A DNA stretch of 63,116 nucleotides, filler included, from Perkinsus chesapeaki ATCC PRA-425 (lineage: Eukaryota > Protista > Perkinsozoa): the NCBI GenBank assembly GCA_013115145.1. It is 5 parts of 5 records of this genome, joined end to end, with 100 filler letters (N's around TTAATTAATTAA, not from the genome) between each part and the next. Parts side by side here need not be neighbours in the genome. Positions count along the whole stretch, not along the records: positions 1 to 27,406 come from JAAPAO010000494.1; positions 27,507 to 41,661 come from JAAPAO010000759.1; 3 more parts are not named here. The stretch is one strand, 5' to 3'. Numbering within the stretch: the first letter of the stretch is position 1; each line of letters begins with the position of its first letter. The translations under genes and the position numbers were made by a program. A model generated the notes under the pieces. That model searched no databases. It was given only the letters and a program-made list of their open reading frames with translations, and had not been told where the DNA came from. Positions 24,850 to 37,135 of the stretch are shown here, piece after piece.

Positions 24850-26220
24850 TCTTTATTCTCGAACACCCGCATGGAAATGATGTTGATGTTTACAAGCTGA
24901 GTGCAGTTGAGTTTTTTGCAGTAAGAAAGATGCAAGCCATAGGCGGTCCATCACCACTGGTCAAGTAATAGCGGTTATTGAACCAATCAGCGAACGCCGT
25001 CCAACAGCTGTTTCGCCGATTGTCATTATTGGAAATGTTGGCCGGCGAATCATTTTCCGGATTTATTTCCCTTCATAGTCGATCAGTCTTCTCTGAGGTA
25101 CTATACAACGCCCTCGTGACAAGAGTCCTTAAGTTAAGTTGAGCAAGGCTGAATTGGTGGCAAACGATGAGGAATCCCCTTAACAGGACAAACAACAGTC
25201 TGTTTGAGGGATTCTTTGATGGCACAGCGAGCGAAACCGGCACCATGTAAAAAGTACAAGTTCCCTACAAATTACAAGTGCCCTGTAAGAAATTCCCCCA
25301 GTAGAGGGGGGGCGGCTTACAATGAATAAATTATTATAATGAATAACTTAACGTTATTCATTGGAACTTCCAATGTTGAAAATCAAAACGAAACCTGTCC
25401 TGCGACTTGGCAGAAAAATCATATCGGACTGAGAAAAATGTAGAACTACGGTCTTCATCGACGACGCGTCGTCAGTTGCCTTCTCGAACACTCAGCTATA
25501 CGGTTTAGTATTTGGTAACTAAAGACTCTAGTATCATATGCAAGTCGTTGGGGAGGACAGCGCACCTGTTAGGTTGAAGCTGCCCAAATGATTAGTAAGG
25601 ATTGGTCCTGCTTCAGCATTGGAGCTCTACAACTCTCAGACGCTCGAGGCCAGGTATCGGGGGTGTGACACTCCGGCAGCTGTTCTGAAGCACCTTCTGG
25701 TACATACTGGATTCCAGTAGATGGAGATTTCATTATCGAACACATCAATACGGTTTCCGAGAAGCTTTGGTTCAAAGTCGAATGTAACCTTTACACTAGT
25801 GTCGGACTTGACGCTTTACCACGAAGCCACATAAACTTCTAATAGTGCCTTTATCACCCCTCAACACATAATGAACGTCCAATGGTTTCTGTATTAACAG
25901 ATGTATTCATGAGAATATTACGCTCGCATGAGATACGAAAAGTCTCGATCGGGCCTCTAAACGAGTTCGCAGGAAATTGTCCACTGAGGCGCCTTGATTG
26001 TATTTCCGCACTGGGAAAGATTCTCTTAATTGACAAACTACAACGCACTAGTGCTGTGTGGGATGTAATGATACACAAAGACAAGGCTGCAGGGGCACCC
26101 CTCGAGGATTTACCTCTAGGAACCAACGAGCCGATGAATAAAGATAGTTGACCCAGAAATGACGACAAAACGCACTTGTATAATATCATCAATTTTACAA
26201 TGAAAAAAACGATTCTACGA

Positions 26221-27234
26221 TCACCGAGGTGACCGAACCGCGTGTCCGTGAGGCATTCTTCTATGCCTCTCAGTTGGCGCTGGGAATGGCATCTCCTTGC
26301 CGTCGAGGAACCACAATGGCCGATACTCTGGGATGGAGATGTAGTTCACCGGTGAGTTTCTGTAGTGGTTGATGTTGGCGTCGAGACCTTGGATGCGGGA
26401 GAAGCCGGTCTGACAGACCTTCATAGAGTTGAATCCTTCCAACTTGAATCCCTCGAACTCGTCCATAAACCTCAGGGCAGCATCATGGTGGACAAAGTTG
26501 ACGAATGCGTACCCCATATTGCAGTGATTGCGGAAATCAATTGGCAAATAGAAGAAGTTGAATTTGCCATCGAATCCTTTTGAACGTATCACATCCAGTA
26601 GCATTCGTTGGGTATACTTATTCGGTATGTTCCGCAGCATAACCGTTGTCTTCTTCTCAGGTGCCATGAACCTCGTCGAGTAGTGGTCCCTCTCAGTATT
26701 CTCCAATTTGCTTCGAGGCTTCCTCGCCGGTCGATCAACTTGCGGAGAGCTACGAGGATCTTCCTCCACCACCAGGACCAATTCTTCTTCTTCTCGCTCG
26801 GGAGGCGGTGGAGGCTCTTCCTCGACAACCAAAACGATATCGTCAGCCGACGGCTTTTGCAGGCGAAATGCTTCTTCGAGGGACATGCTTTCTTCACGAC
26901 CACCCAAACTGCCGAGTCGGACTCTAAGTCGGTTGCTCAATTCCAAGCACTCGCTTTGAGACCGATACCGAGGGCTGCCTATCATCGAGCCTTCTTCTGA
27001 CTCGTTCATGGAGCAAACGCTGCCGGCAAGCCTCGGAGAGTTAGCGAAGAACTCATCCTCGACGGTGAAGTGCAGGAAGGTATTGAAGTTCTCCACCCTC
27101 ACAGAGGAGGGTGACAGCTCCGATGCTTGGTCAAAACTAGTTTGAGAGGGGCATTTGGGGACCCTCGGAAGGACTGGTGGTAGGCCGGGGCTTGATTGGC
27201 CGGCTGATGTCGTCGAAGGGGACTGGTTGCTCAT
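26221..27234 (-). CDS. Mei2-like RNA-binding protein (C-terminal Mei2-type RRM, RRM_2), single exon
   Basis: 337-aa ORF with KTTVMLRNIPNKYTQRMLL...FNFFYLPIDFRNHCNMGYAFVNF...SRIQGLDANINHYRNSPV...EYRP, the Mei2/AML RRM3 signature; low-complexity N-terminus. Confidence 0.92.
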   Translation of the reverse strand: MSNQSPSTTSAGQSSPGLPPVLPRVPKCPSQTSFDQASELSPSSVRVENFNTFLHFTVEDEFFANSPRLAGSVCSMNESEEGSMIGSPRYRSQSECLELSNRLRVRLGSLGGREESMSLEEAFRLQKPSADDIVLVVEEEPPPPPEREEEELVLVVEEDPRSSPQVDRPARKPRSKLENTERDHYSTRFMAPEKKTTVMLRNIPNKYTQRMLLDVIRSKGFDGKFNFFYLPIDFRNHCNMGYAFVNFVHHDAALRFMDEFEGFKLEGFNSMKVCQTGFSRIQGLDANINHYRNSPVNYISIPEYRPLWFLDGKEMPFPAPTERHRRMPHGHAVRSPR

Positions 27235-27333
27235 TATTGGTGATAAGAACGTCCTGCAATAAATAATGGGGCTTATTGGGTGGTGATAAAGGATGCGCCG
27301 AACTTCGACAGTAAAGTCACTATTATAGTGAGT

Positions 27334-27406
27334 AGTTTGATAGGAAATATGTTACTAGTGATACGGAGGAGGAGATATAATAGAAAGGAGTTTGATAGGA
27401 AATATG
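27334..27406 (-). repeat. Same 55-bp satellite as at 1-120, inverted, running into the contig end
   Basis: Reverse complement reads CATATTTCCTATCAAACTCCTTTCTATTATATCTCCTCCTCCGTATCACTAGTAACATATTTCCTATCAAACT. Confidence 0.95.
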
Positions 27407-27506
27407 NNNNNNNNNNNNNNNNNNNNNNNNNNNNNNNNNNNNNNNNNNNNTTAATTAATTAANNNNNNNNNNNNNNNNNNNNNNNNNNNNNNNNNNNNNN
27501 NNNNNN
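27407..27506. other. Artificial contig linker N44-TTAATTAATTAA-N44
   Basis: Identical 100-nt construct at four places; the 12-mer gives stops in all six frames. Confidence 0.97.
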
Positions 27507-27965
27507 AACAGCTTCCGACAATAAATCACAACATGCTATCCAATAGAAGATCATCATAAACAAACCGATGACACCCAAAGTAACCGTAGACTGCGAAGGT
27601 ACAATAAGGACGGCCAGTAGTGTTCCAGCCAATCCGAATATCGATCCTCCGAAGACATAGGGCATTCTCTTATAGCCAAACAAAGGGTAGCAATCAGAGG
27701 ATAATCCAATCCATGGTTTCATTGCAAAGGGCATGAATATAATGCTTATGTATCGATCCATTAAGGGACCGGGAACATTCATATCCTGGAAAAAGAACCT
27801 CACAACACCGTTGAGAATAAAGTAGCAATATCCTTTAGGCCAGTGAATAGTGAAATGTAGGACGACGAGTAACCGGCAACCAAATGCCTCAGACAAGTGG
27901 CGGAAAAACCCATAAAAGGGGACCTTGCCCAACACCTTGGAAAATGCCGACGAGCTGTCTGTCAT
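27507..27965 (-). CDS. BT1 folate/biopterin transporter (MFS), N-terminal part, truncated by contig end
   Basis: PFAMKPWIGLSSDCYPLFGYKRMPY matches the BT1/FBT motif PWxxKPxxGxxSDxxPxxGYxRxPY; hydrophobic helices; likely ATG at 27965. Confidence 0.85.
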
Positions 27966-29047
27966 TGAAGCTCTGTTAAACAGAACGCTGAGACGCCAAT
28001 TCACAAGACACTCAAGACACCGCTTGGACCGTCATTTTCGGAACCAGGCCACATTCATTAATTTTTGCACCATCCACGAGGACAATCTAATAATAGCTTA
28101 GTTCGAACAGTATACATCTGAGGTACGTTATAAATAGCATATGCTTCCTTCAATTAATAACACTTTGAAAACAAGTTGAACGTGCTAGGATCAACCTTGC
28201 TGCACGAATCCACCTAAGGGGCTTCCTTGGCGACGTGCTCCATCTAGCATGCGGTCAGAGGAGACAGAGCCTTTCGGTGTGAGCGGGAGATGGCCGGTAT
28301 AAAGTTCGATAGACTCGAGCCCCGAGATCCACTAGCAGGCCCTGAAGCCTCCAGAGTCTAACGCCCAGGCGTATCATCAAGAATGGTACAGTGATACTCG
28401 TTCCGACTTAGCAGTAGCCAGATCAAGTTCCACGGCGTGGAGCCCAAGTTTGAGGAATGCGTTCTGGCTACCCGGGCAGCGAGGTTCACAGATTCCTTGA
28501 AGGGGCGGTCCGACCCGGACAGAGCCCCATAATGGGGCCCCCATTGCCCTCATTCAGATGTGAACGCAAGTTGTGCTTGTATGACAGCTGGTAGGTCCGG
28601 AGGCCGCCAGGAGGCCATGCTAATCGGCTCTGCTACAACTGACTGAAGGCCGTATAACCCAACTGCATCTTTGGATAAACAGATGTATGGTGTTTACACT
28701 TTCCATAAGAAAAGCCGATGCGAGTAGAGGTCCCTGCTACTAGCGCACGAGGACGCTAAACCCAACAATAATGCTGATAATGATAGACGTCAGTGCATCC
28801 GTGTTGCTCCTGGTCGATCTCGTAGTAACTCAACCCTATTTTCTTAAATAATAATGACGATAACAATGGAGGATCAAAAGGGAAAGGAGTTATTCTATCC
28901 TAACCAACTAATCTACGTACTTGCATGCCCTTACGCTACAAACGGGAGGTGCAAGTAAGCACAAGTAAACAAGTTGGCATTCGCGCACAGCAACATTCGT
29001 AGACAACATTCGAACATAGCTTTAGAATATAGATTCTCGGCGCAAGA

Positions 29048-29941
29048 TCAAAACGATTCTGACGCAAGCAGATCCACTGCGCAGAGAAGTGGCATAAAGC
29101 GTTCACCATGGTTTCGAGGAAACATCAACGGTTGGAGCCCCTCAGTTAGAGACAGGGCAGCTCTTGCTCCGTCGTCGTAGAACTGAAGCCTGTCGAGTGT
29201 TGGCGGGCCCGGGAAGTAATGCTGGAAAAGCTGTAGCATGGTCTGTCGGTCAGCTTCCCTCCAGGCCAGACCAAAGACATTGGGGTCGGCCAAAGACTGA
29301 ACAGCACGTACGGGGAAGGCACGACTAGTATGAGTATCAGCCATGATGATCTCGACTCTTCTTTCTCCCGATAAAACATCAATACACCATCCAATAGTGA
29401 CCTTGAGTTCTGTGTTGTAGATGTTGAGGTTGTAAGGAGCTATACACTGAGGGTCACTTCCAGCAGGGCACAAGATACAGAATTGTACAACCCAGAATAG
29501 GCCAATATACAAGTTCATGTTGAACGGATAATAATAATATCACAGGCGACACTGGAAGCTGAAGCGAGCTCTGCAATCCTCGGCGTCTCACTGTACCGTA
29601 CGCTTCGACCAATGGTCGGCGATTGCGGGGCCTTCCTGTCCTACAGGGTTCGCTAACACGGTGAAAAGACCGACAGACTGTGCAACACAGTTTACATACT
29701 TCTAACGTGTGTAAACTACACACGGCTTTCATGATTCTCGCCGGCGAATAGATATCCTTATAATTCTCTGACCAGCTATGCGACATAGCCCATGCGATGG
29801 CCGCAGTACCAGTGTACGGTACACCTTGATTAAGCTGTCGTCGTCAGTGCAGCGAACTTCGCTGAGCTGAGCGAAGCCTGGCCGCCTTACACTGTAGCTA
29901 GCCTCGAGGTGACGGTATTGTAGAATCAGGTCATCGCTCAT
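29048..29941 (-). CDS. Hypothetical multi-exon protein
   Basis: 156-aa ORF (VTIGWCIDVLSGERRVEIIMAD...QTMLQLFQHYFPGPPTLDRLQFYDDG) and upstream exon-like ORF 29729-29941 ending IK/gt; no family recognised. Confidence 0.45.
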
Positions 29942-30834
29942 CGCATTGATCTATTCACTCTAGCTACATCCCGTACGTGTGCGCAGAGCAGACCCAACTC
30001 CCCTCATTTGTGCTGTTGCGTTCAACTGTTCTTAAGTCTATTCCCTTGCTCGGAACAACAACAACAACCGAGAAACCAGTGATGGCTGCCGCTGCTGCTG
30101 CAATTCAATCCTCCTGTGAGATAGAAGCTGACTAAAGTGCCTGATTCTTCGTAAGCCGACCTAAGACCTCTTGAGTCACCGGTGTCCACCTTGCGCCGAG
30201 GGGGCGCGGCTAAGGTCACAAGTGTCTTTCTCCTAAGGATAGTGCACTATCTACGAACACATCGACTTACTGTAACTAGAGCCCGAGGAACAGAGATAGG
30301 GAAATCTACTGTATGAATCAGTAGGAGATATTAAGCACGGTATGAACTGTTCTTGGTGAAAGTATAAAAAACAGTCAGATCTCCAGGCTCTCGCGGGCTC
30401 CGAACTCAACACTAGTATGACGTCATTAAACGGGCAATGTTATCGGATACTCGCTGACTGTTCTTGTTTGGAGATGAATATAAGATGGATATTGTGGTGA
30501 TAGACCACCACGGTGATGATAATATAGCAGAAAGTACAGGGCAATCACCAAATATCAAAGACAAGTCAATGTCATACCTGTCAAGATTCGGGGACCGAAA
30601 AAGAAAGGAGACAACACCAATAACTCGTCATAAAAATTATACAGAAACCGGTGCTGCTGCTGCTGTTGGTAGTAGTAGCGCTTCACCAAGCGGACGGCTC
30701 GAAGCATACAGATAATAATAAACATCATATACAAGCCTTCCTATCGGCATTTCCAGCGACCGGCCTGGTCCATACTGGTGAGTTAAATACACAGTAAACC
30801 AGCGGCGGCCATACTATAAATAAGATACAATGGA

Positions 30835-33709
30835 CTATCGGAGGGTCGCTGCCGTGCTCTGATCATCACCACTCGCTTTACGCAGAGTTATCGGAGTTGC
30901 AGCCTCGACATCAAGACGTCGTAAACGGATGCATCCGATGATGTTCTCATTCATTTGAGAATCATCAACAGCCTGATTAGCCACATTAACTGTATATAGC
31001 CTTCACGCTACCATCCTACTTGTATCACAAAGCCAACATGTATCTCCAGCTGCGGTATGGCTGGATGCATGTGATGCATTACGCTCTTCGCCAGCCACAC
31101 AAAGTTACGCACCTAATACAGGCTAGCCAGCTATTGCTATGAAACGCATCATTACGTCGATATCAATCTCGACCCACTCGAACCGGCCGGAAGGATCTAC
31201 GCGCATCTAAGGTTGAAGCATGAATTATCCATGGGTAGTGCTGGCTTACACTTCCGCTCTTCGTTATTAAAACCGGCTTCCCATTATACTTGTCAATCAG
31301 TGAAGGCCGTATTAAAGAGGGCAGGTGAAGATCCTTAAGATTCTCGCAGATCCCAATAGCTGAGATGGATCGGTTCACTGCGGGAACGTCCGTAAAGCGA
31401 CTCACTTTTGAAAAGATGAGACGAACCATTGGCCGTAGCGCCTTGGGGTACACTGAAATTAAAAAGCCGTAGCGGGAAATACGGTATGAGGCAACCTGCC
31501 TTACTTTTGAAAATTGCCTATCCGGAAAAACTCCGACAGTAAATGCAAATGAGGAGGGGCGTCGGGAGACAGCTGACCCGTTTGAGGATTCATGTACCTT
31601 ATTAATTCCGCCTATTAGAGGATAAGCCGGGGGTTACGCTGCTCACTTTAATGCGTGCTCAGGACTGATGGTGAAATATCCAGCAACCGAGAAGCCATGG
31701 TCACTTTGGGGATGCTGCCCAAAGAGCTTCGGACCAGCTTGATAAGGCATCTAAAATGCACACTGTGGGATTCGAACCCAGGGGCTCTCCCTGTGCAACC
31801 AACCGCCAACCCACTACGCATTACCTCGACATTGATTATGAGGACCCTAGGAAGACAGGGGTTGTTTATCTTCGACCACTCTGTAGTGCACTGCTCTGGT
31901 AGTCGGCCTCCTAATACCCCATCCTAAACCATCAACCACTACTGGCTACCACACCTCTCCCGCCCTACATGAACATCATCAATCTTACAAGTCTCCGATC
32001 GGAACATATCACAGCCAACACTATCATACCTACACGAAAACGAAACGTCCTTGGCAGCACTCTTCACAGGGCGACTTGCGTCCCAGGCTTCCCAATGCGA
32101 CGGGAATTAATTGTCCGATACTACCGGGCGATGAAGTACGTCCGCTCGACACATTCTAGCCGAGGCTGCCAAAAATGAGGAATTACATGTTCATTATAGA
32201 AGAGTAATTCATAGATGTTATTTCTCATCATCATTAAGAGTCATTACTTCCTATGAGCCAACCTTTGTAGTCTCAGCGCTTGGTAATGATATCCCAGCAA
32301 CACAGCGCCCATATACGTGGGGCATAACAACAACTACTTACATCGGTGCGCCGCTAGCTGCCTTATGCCCATTCTTCATATAGTTCGGGCCACTTCGGAC
32401 ATTAAATTTACTGGCATCACCGGGGCTCCAGGAGACATGGTCATCGCTTACAGGAGGCAGAGGCACGCTTGACGACTCGTCGACTGGGTACTAAAAGAAC
32501 ACATGCTTGTCGGTGATAGAATTAGAGCTGCTCCAGATGGGTGCGGTATTGTTACCAGACGACGGGTATGTATTTGACGGATAGGAGTTCTATCCGTCCG
32601 GTGTAGACAGGAAAACAACGCAACGAGATATCGGCGTTAAAATGGAGCTCATAATTCGCAATTAAACAGAAACTACGGAAACCGTAAACACCAGCGGTCG
32701 AGGCAAGATACCCTACAGCCTTGGGATCCTAGAGAGCGGGATACCCCTCCAGTTGGTCAGAGCCCGACCAACAAGGCCCACGAAGATATTTGCGGAAAGG
32801 ATCCTCTGTGCTAGATATAAAAAGCATGAACGCGGATAATGGTTCGAAAGATATCTGAATACTAATGGTGTGATGTGAAAGAAGTCATGGTAGTTGAAGC
32901 CCATGTTACCAGCAAAGATATTTCCAACAGGAATATGATTTCCCGACCGTCTTGAACTGCCTTCAAAAACCCCGCTTCCCCTCACTTCCCCCTTCATTAC
33001 CCTCTTAGGAATAGTCCGACATCCAAATCCATATAACGGATCATTGTCATCAACCACGAGCGGGTATCGACTCAGTTCGGTATCCTCCAGCTTAAGCAGA
33101 TCTGACAGAATCCTCAACATTCTAGATGAGCCCAATGTGGAATAACCTTTAGTGCTCCCTCTCGTAGACTGCTTGTCGTGGAATGGCACCACCGCACTGA
33201 ACCCCGACTTAAGCTGGTTTGGTATCACCACGCCTGCCCGAGCGATCAGGCTCTTATTGGCTCCAGCTTGCCGAGTCCTCTAAAAGGAGCGGTGGTGGCT
33301 ATCAACCCTATCACACCTCTTCCCCCATAGTACCTCGGCACCAGTGCCTGCCGCCGCCGAACTCCAAGCTTCTCTACCACCATTCCTCAATCTATAGCGA
33401 TCATGCGCGTGAGTATGTGGGCATCGGACCTGCTGACCTGAGGAGACTTCGGACTGCTCCCAAAGGATCCCCCGAATGCCTATTACGTGCTCGACAAAAG
33501 GATTCCTCCGCGTCGAACCAGGTGATGCCAGAGTCGTCGACATGCATATCCGTGGCCCACTCCTCAGTACTGTAGTCGGCGCACCGTTGAGCTCCACCGG
33601 CAATAGCTCGGCGATCAGTCTCGGTAAAAGATTCATTCGGCTCCAGTGAGTCGGCTGCTGTTATATCATCCTCATGGAATGTACAGCATTTTGAGGAGCG
33701 ATTGCCCAT
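30835..33709 (-). CDS. DUF1336 / EDR2 C-terminal domain protein with N-terminal MGNRSSKCC
   Basis: Exons give VSWSPGDASKFNVRSGPNYMKNGHKAASG (~32400), GICENL...KYNGKPVLITKSGS (~31280), FEWVEIDIDV (~31170), FVWLAKSVM...IHVGFVIQ (~31050), DDSQMNENIIGCIRLRRLD (~30950), in the order of the DUF1336 motifs. Confidence 0.8.
31757..31825 (-). mobile_element. tRNA-derived/Pol III A+B box element (SINE head or tRNA pseudogene) inside an intron
   Basis: Minus strand: A-box-like TAGTGGGTTGG (31816-31806) and perfect B box GGTTCGAATCC (31778-31768); T-arm pairs but anticodon and acceptor stems do not. Confidence 0.45.
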
Positions 33710-34012
33710 TTATTTAATATTGAAATCCTAGCCATTGATGATACCGATGCCAGCAACGAAAAACTAGTTCTGGCGGGGAGTAGAGTTCATATCAATCACT
33801 TCAAGTTTCGAACTTCATCACGATCGCTACTGTAAGGAAGGATACGTCTCATTATATAAAACCGTTAATAGTGAACCTTTTGATGCTCACGGTTGAAAGT
33901 GTTGGACCGAATTTGACCAAATAGATTTGATCAAGATCATGCCCGGAGACCATATTCCGGGTGCGTTATTGAATTCTACATTCCCATACTGCCCCCAAAG
34001 ATTCCCAAAACG

Positions 34013-35184
34013 TTGACACCAGTTGCCTTCCTTAACAAAGCAGTTGCTTCGCTCCGCCGAATTAGTGTTGCATGTTTACCATTTTCTATCTTCCGTTCTT
34101 CGATAATGCACTCTGTACCATCATGGGCAGTAGCATTAGACCGACCCTCTGCTCCCCGAGTGCCCAGCGATGAAGCAACTCAAGTTCGCAAATATCTTTT
34201 CCGTGTTGTACGTAATCTCGAGTCCAACGTATCTTCCGGAAGTAAGGTCGACCTCCGAGACAAAACCCTGCCTCAACTTTGGATACGCTGCCTGGGCAGC
34301 GCCCTCACCCATAATACACGATGTCGAACACTTAAGCTCAGTGGATGTAAAATAGACGATGACCAGGTAGGGACTTTTTAAGGAACCTCAAAGGGCGATT
34401 TGCTGAAAGTTTAAAAGTCTATTTACGTTTATTAAACTAAGTCCTGCACCTTCGTCGCTCCCTCCCTAGCTTCGATGCTTTTACCTATCGTTAACACCCT
34501 TTCCTGGAGCATTATCATAAACTATCTCCACACTGCCTTTCACGTTCATTCTTGGTCGCCAGTACAGCCCTTATGGCGCAGCTCTCCTGTCTGAAGGTAC
34601 GACTACTCTGCTCGAGCATGCGTAAGTGGTCGAGCCTTCGACACCTGGCACTCGACAACAACCTAATAACATGCAAAGGAGCCCACGCTATATTCACTCA
34701 GCTGTCCAGCGCCCCATTGGGCGTAGGTATCCATACCGCTCCTTCGCCTCATCGTAGCCTGTGTAGGGTCTGATGCTGGAAGTATGCGATCTCTCCTTCA
34801 ATAGAATAGGCGATAGTGGTGCCAGGCGAATAGCGTTGACTTTGACCCAGCACAACAGCCCTGTGGTAAGCCCTCTAAATATAACCATCCCATCCCAAGT
34901 AGGGCCAAGGCTTGAGGGTGCTGCTCTTGAAAGGGAACAGGATCGGTGATTGGGGTGCTGGATGGCTCAGCCTAGTAAGAGACAGCGGGTAGCGTTCTAG
35001 ATATCATTCCACATAATACCAAGCTTGCGCTAATCGAGGTGTTTCAGGTCATAAGGAACACCGGAATCGGAGGATGCGCTTTGGAAGTACTGGATGTCTC
35101 AAAGTAGGTCATCAGCGTTCTCCTGCTGAGCGCCAGAATCTCGTCGCGGGACCTTCATGGGAAACACACTTGTTAATGCTATAG
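34013..35184 (+). CDS. RNI-like leucine-rich repeat protein
   Basis: TLKLSGCKIDDD, LRHLALDNNLITCKGA, CDLSFNRIGDSGARRIA, LRVLLLKGNRIGDWGA follow LxxLxLxxNxIxDxG, one repeat per short exon. Confidence 0.8.
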
Positions 35185-35618
35185 TGTCGGCCGACATCTG
35201 TGGCCGAGGACATGCCTATAAGACTATAGATGCTCGTTATTGCGCCACGAATCTATTCCGCACCTCGTTCATCATGGCTCGAGAAAGCCTAGGACAACAG
35301 TGGGTAGATTGTGGACCAAGGGTAACAACCAATCTTGTCAAAGTCAGCTCCCCATGGTGCACTAAAATACTTGTTCGCTTTAATTACCAAAATACGTCAA
35401 AGTTATTGTCATCCATAACGGCTACGGGCAGCACTTTGTTTGTTCCGATACAAGTGCTCCGAACTACGCTTCTTGCTATTACTGCGAAGCTCCTCTATTA
35501 GGGACCTTCGGAGCTCTTAGACCAGATTCAGCAACTCCTGCCGCCGTTCAACTTCCTATCTTTCTCCTTTATCAGTAACCCTTCTATATCCCTAAGTGGT
35601 GGTCTGTCTGAGCTCACC

Positions 35619-36472
35619 ATGGCCTGCCGACAAGCTCATCAAACGCTGGAGCTTGATGCGGTGGTAGCGACAGCTCTCGGGCCCCTAGGGAACATATGGG
35701 ATACCTTGCAGGCCATTTCTGTCGGATCGGGAAGACTGACAGTGAGAGTGTCTCTGGAACGTCCCATGGATGAAACGGAAACCGCGGATCAAGCTAGGAT
35801 CCTTCGAGCGTCGCCTTCGCGGGGGCTCATTGGGCTCTCGGATGGGTCTATTGGAAGTATGTTATCACCCAGTTAGAACTATCGAAAAAAACGAAAGCTC
35901 AATAAACTTGTTGAGTGTTACTGTTCCTGTATTCCATCGCACTAGAGTCTTGAGTACTCCCGTCATTCTCGCCTCCTGTGCTTGCCGATGAGGTGATGAT
36001 GTCTTATTCTCATTCCCCACACAGGTTCTGAGTTAGTCCATACGATACACGTATTCAAGCCATCACATTCCCGTACGAGACCAGTGTCTTCTGCTGCTGC
36101 AGGGATAGCACCGGACAGGTGTCCGACTGGTAATATGATGGGAAGCCTCGGAAGCTTTGAAAGCATTTGGTCGCTCGTTTATGTCGGAATTCCGTGGAGC
36201 TCTAGTCGCTTGTTTGAACTTTATAGTGGCTGGGCGATGAGGAAATGGTCTCAGTCCCAGGGATACATTCACATCTATTGTCTATTCAGATGATAAGCAT
36301 CCAGCGAAGCACCGTACTCGTGAACATAGCATGCCTCCGAGGCCTCATTCAGGTGTTCAACAGTAGTGTTATTCCTTCCCTTATTGAGTCCCTACCAGCT
36401 CCGCCTTCATCAAAGCTTCGGACGGAATTCCAGAGGCTTCGAGACCATGCAAGACACGGTGGACTGTTGTAA
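35619..36472 (+). CDS. Hypothetical multi-exon protein
   Basis: Exon-like ORFs 35619-35858 (ends G/gta), 36084-36257 and 36289-36472; no family recognised. Confidence 0.4.
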
Positions 36473-36561
36473 GTGCTCAAAGGAGCATGTTAATGATGCC
36501 TTTCCGCACTTTTTTTTCCGCAGTTTTGAGTTTTGGAGTGCCAATATATTGTCCTTAAGTC

Positions 36562-37130
36562 TTGAGTATGTCGGCAGCAGCGCGTGGTAACGAGGATCCT
36601 TCGGCGATACTCTGGCCGCCTCCGCCGCCCCACTATAAGCTGTTCCAAGCGGGAAAGGAAGGGGAGGAAGACTGGCCTCAACCTCCGAGCCCGAAGGTTA
36701 TTGATAAGATAACTAATGATAAGGGAATGTATATGATGCTTGGTAAGCAGCAGAAGTCATCGACGAGTGGAAAGACCCCGAAATGAGCCACAGGATCCGT
36801 GCGTGCCGTGGCTGATGTGTGGTGAGGAGGAGGAGGACAGCCAGCATCAAATTGTGTAGAATCTTGGCCGATTTCTGATCCTCATCGGAGCTTCATCTGA
36901 TGCGGTCAATTGGCGATTCGTTCGGGAGGCTAAAACATTTCCTAATCCACGACTGGCCGATGTCAGCGTACTCGACCCTTCATCACAATTCTGAGTCGGC
37001 TTTGATGAGCCATAGCTCTAGTTCTACACTTAGAGTGATTTCAGGTAGAGTAATGGAGAACTGCAAGGATCCTGCGGTGAAGATAACTATGCCGGAGATA
37101 GATAGCGATCTCCTAAGGCAACAGGGATAA
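36562..37130 (+). CDS. MED7: Mediator subunit 7-like protein
   Basis: N-terminal ILWPPPPPHYKLF...PQPPSP...YMMLG resembles the Med7 motif (PxPPxYxKxF...PxPP...YxxFG); downstream exons only weakly supportive. Confidence 0.55.
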
Positions 37131-37135
37131 TAGGA

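Noticed and set aside
30820-30940. EEP/CCR4-like SDH motif on plus (LPCSDHHHSLYAEL)
   Set aside because: The minus strand here is the last DUF1336 exon with a coherent motif series; the plus reading is incidental.
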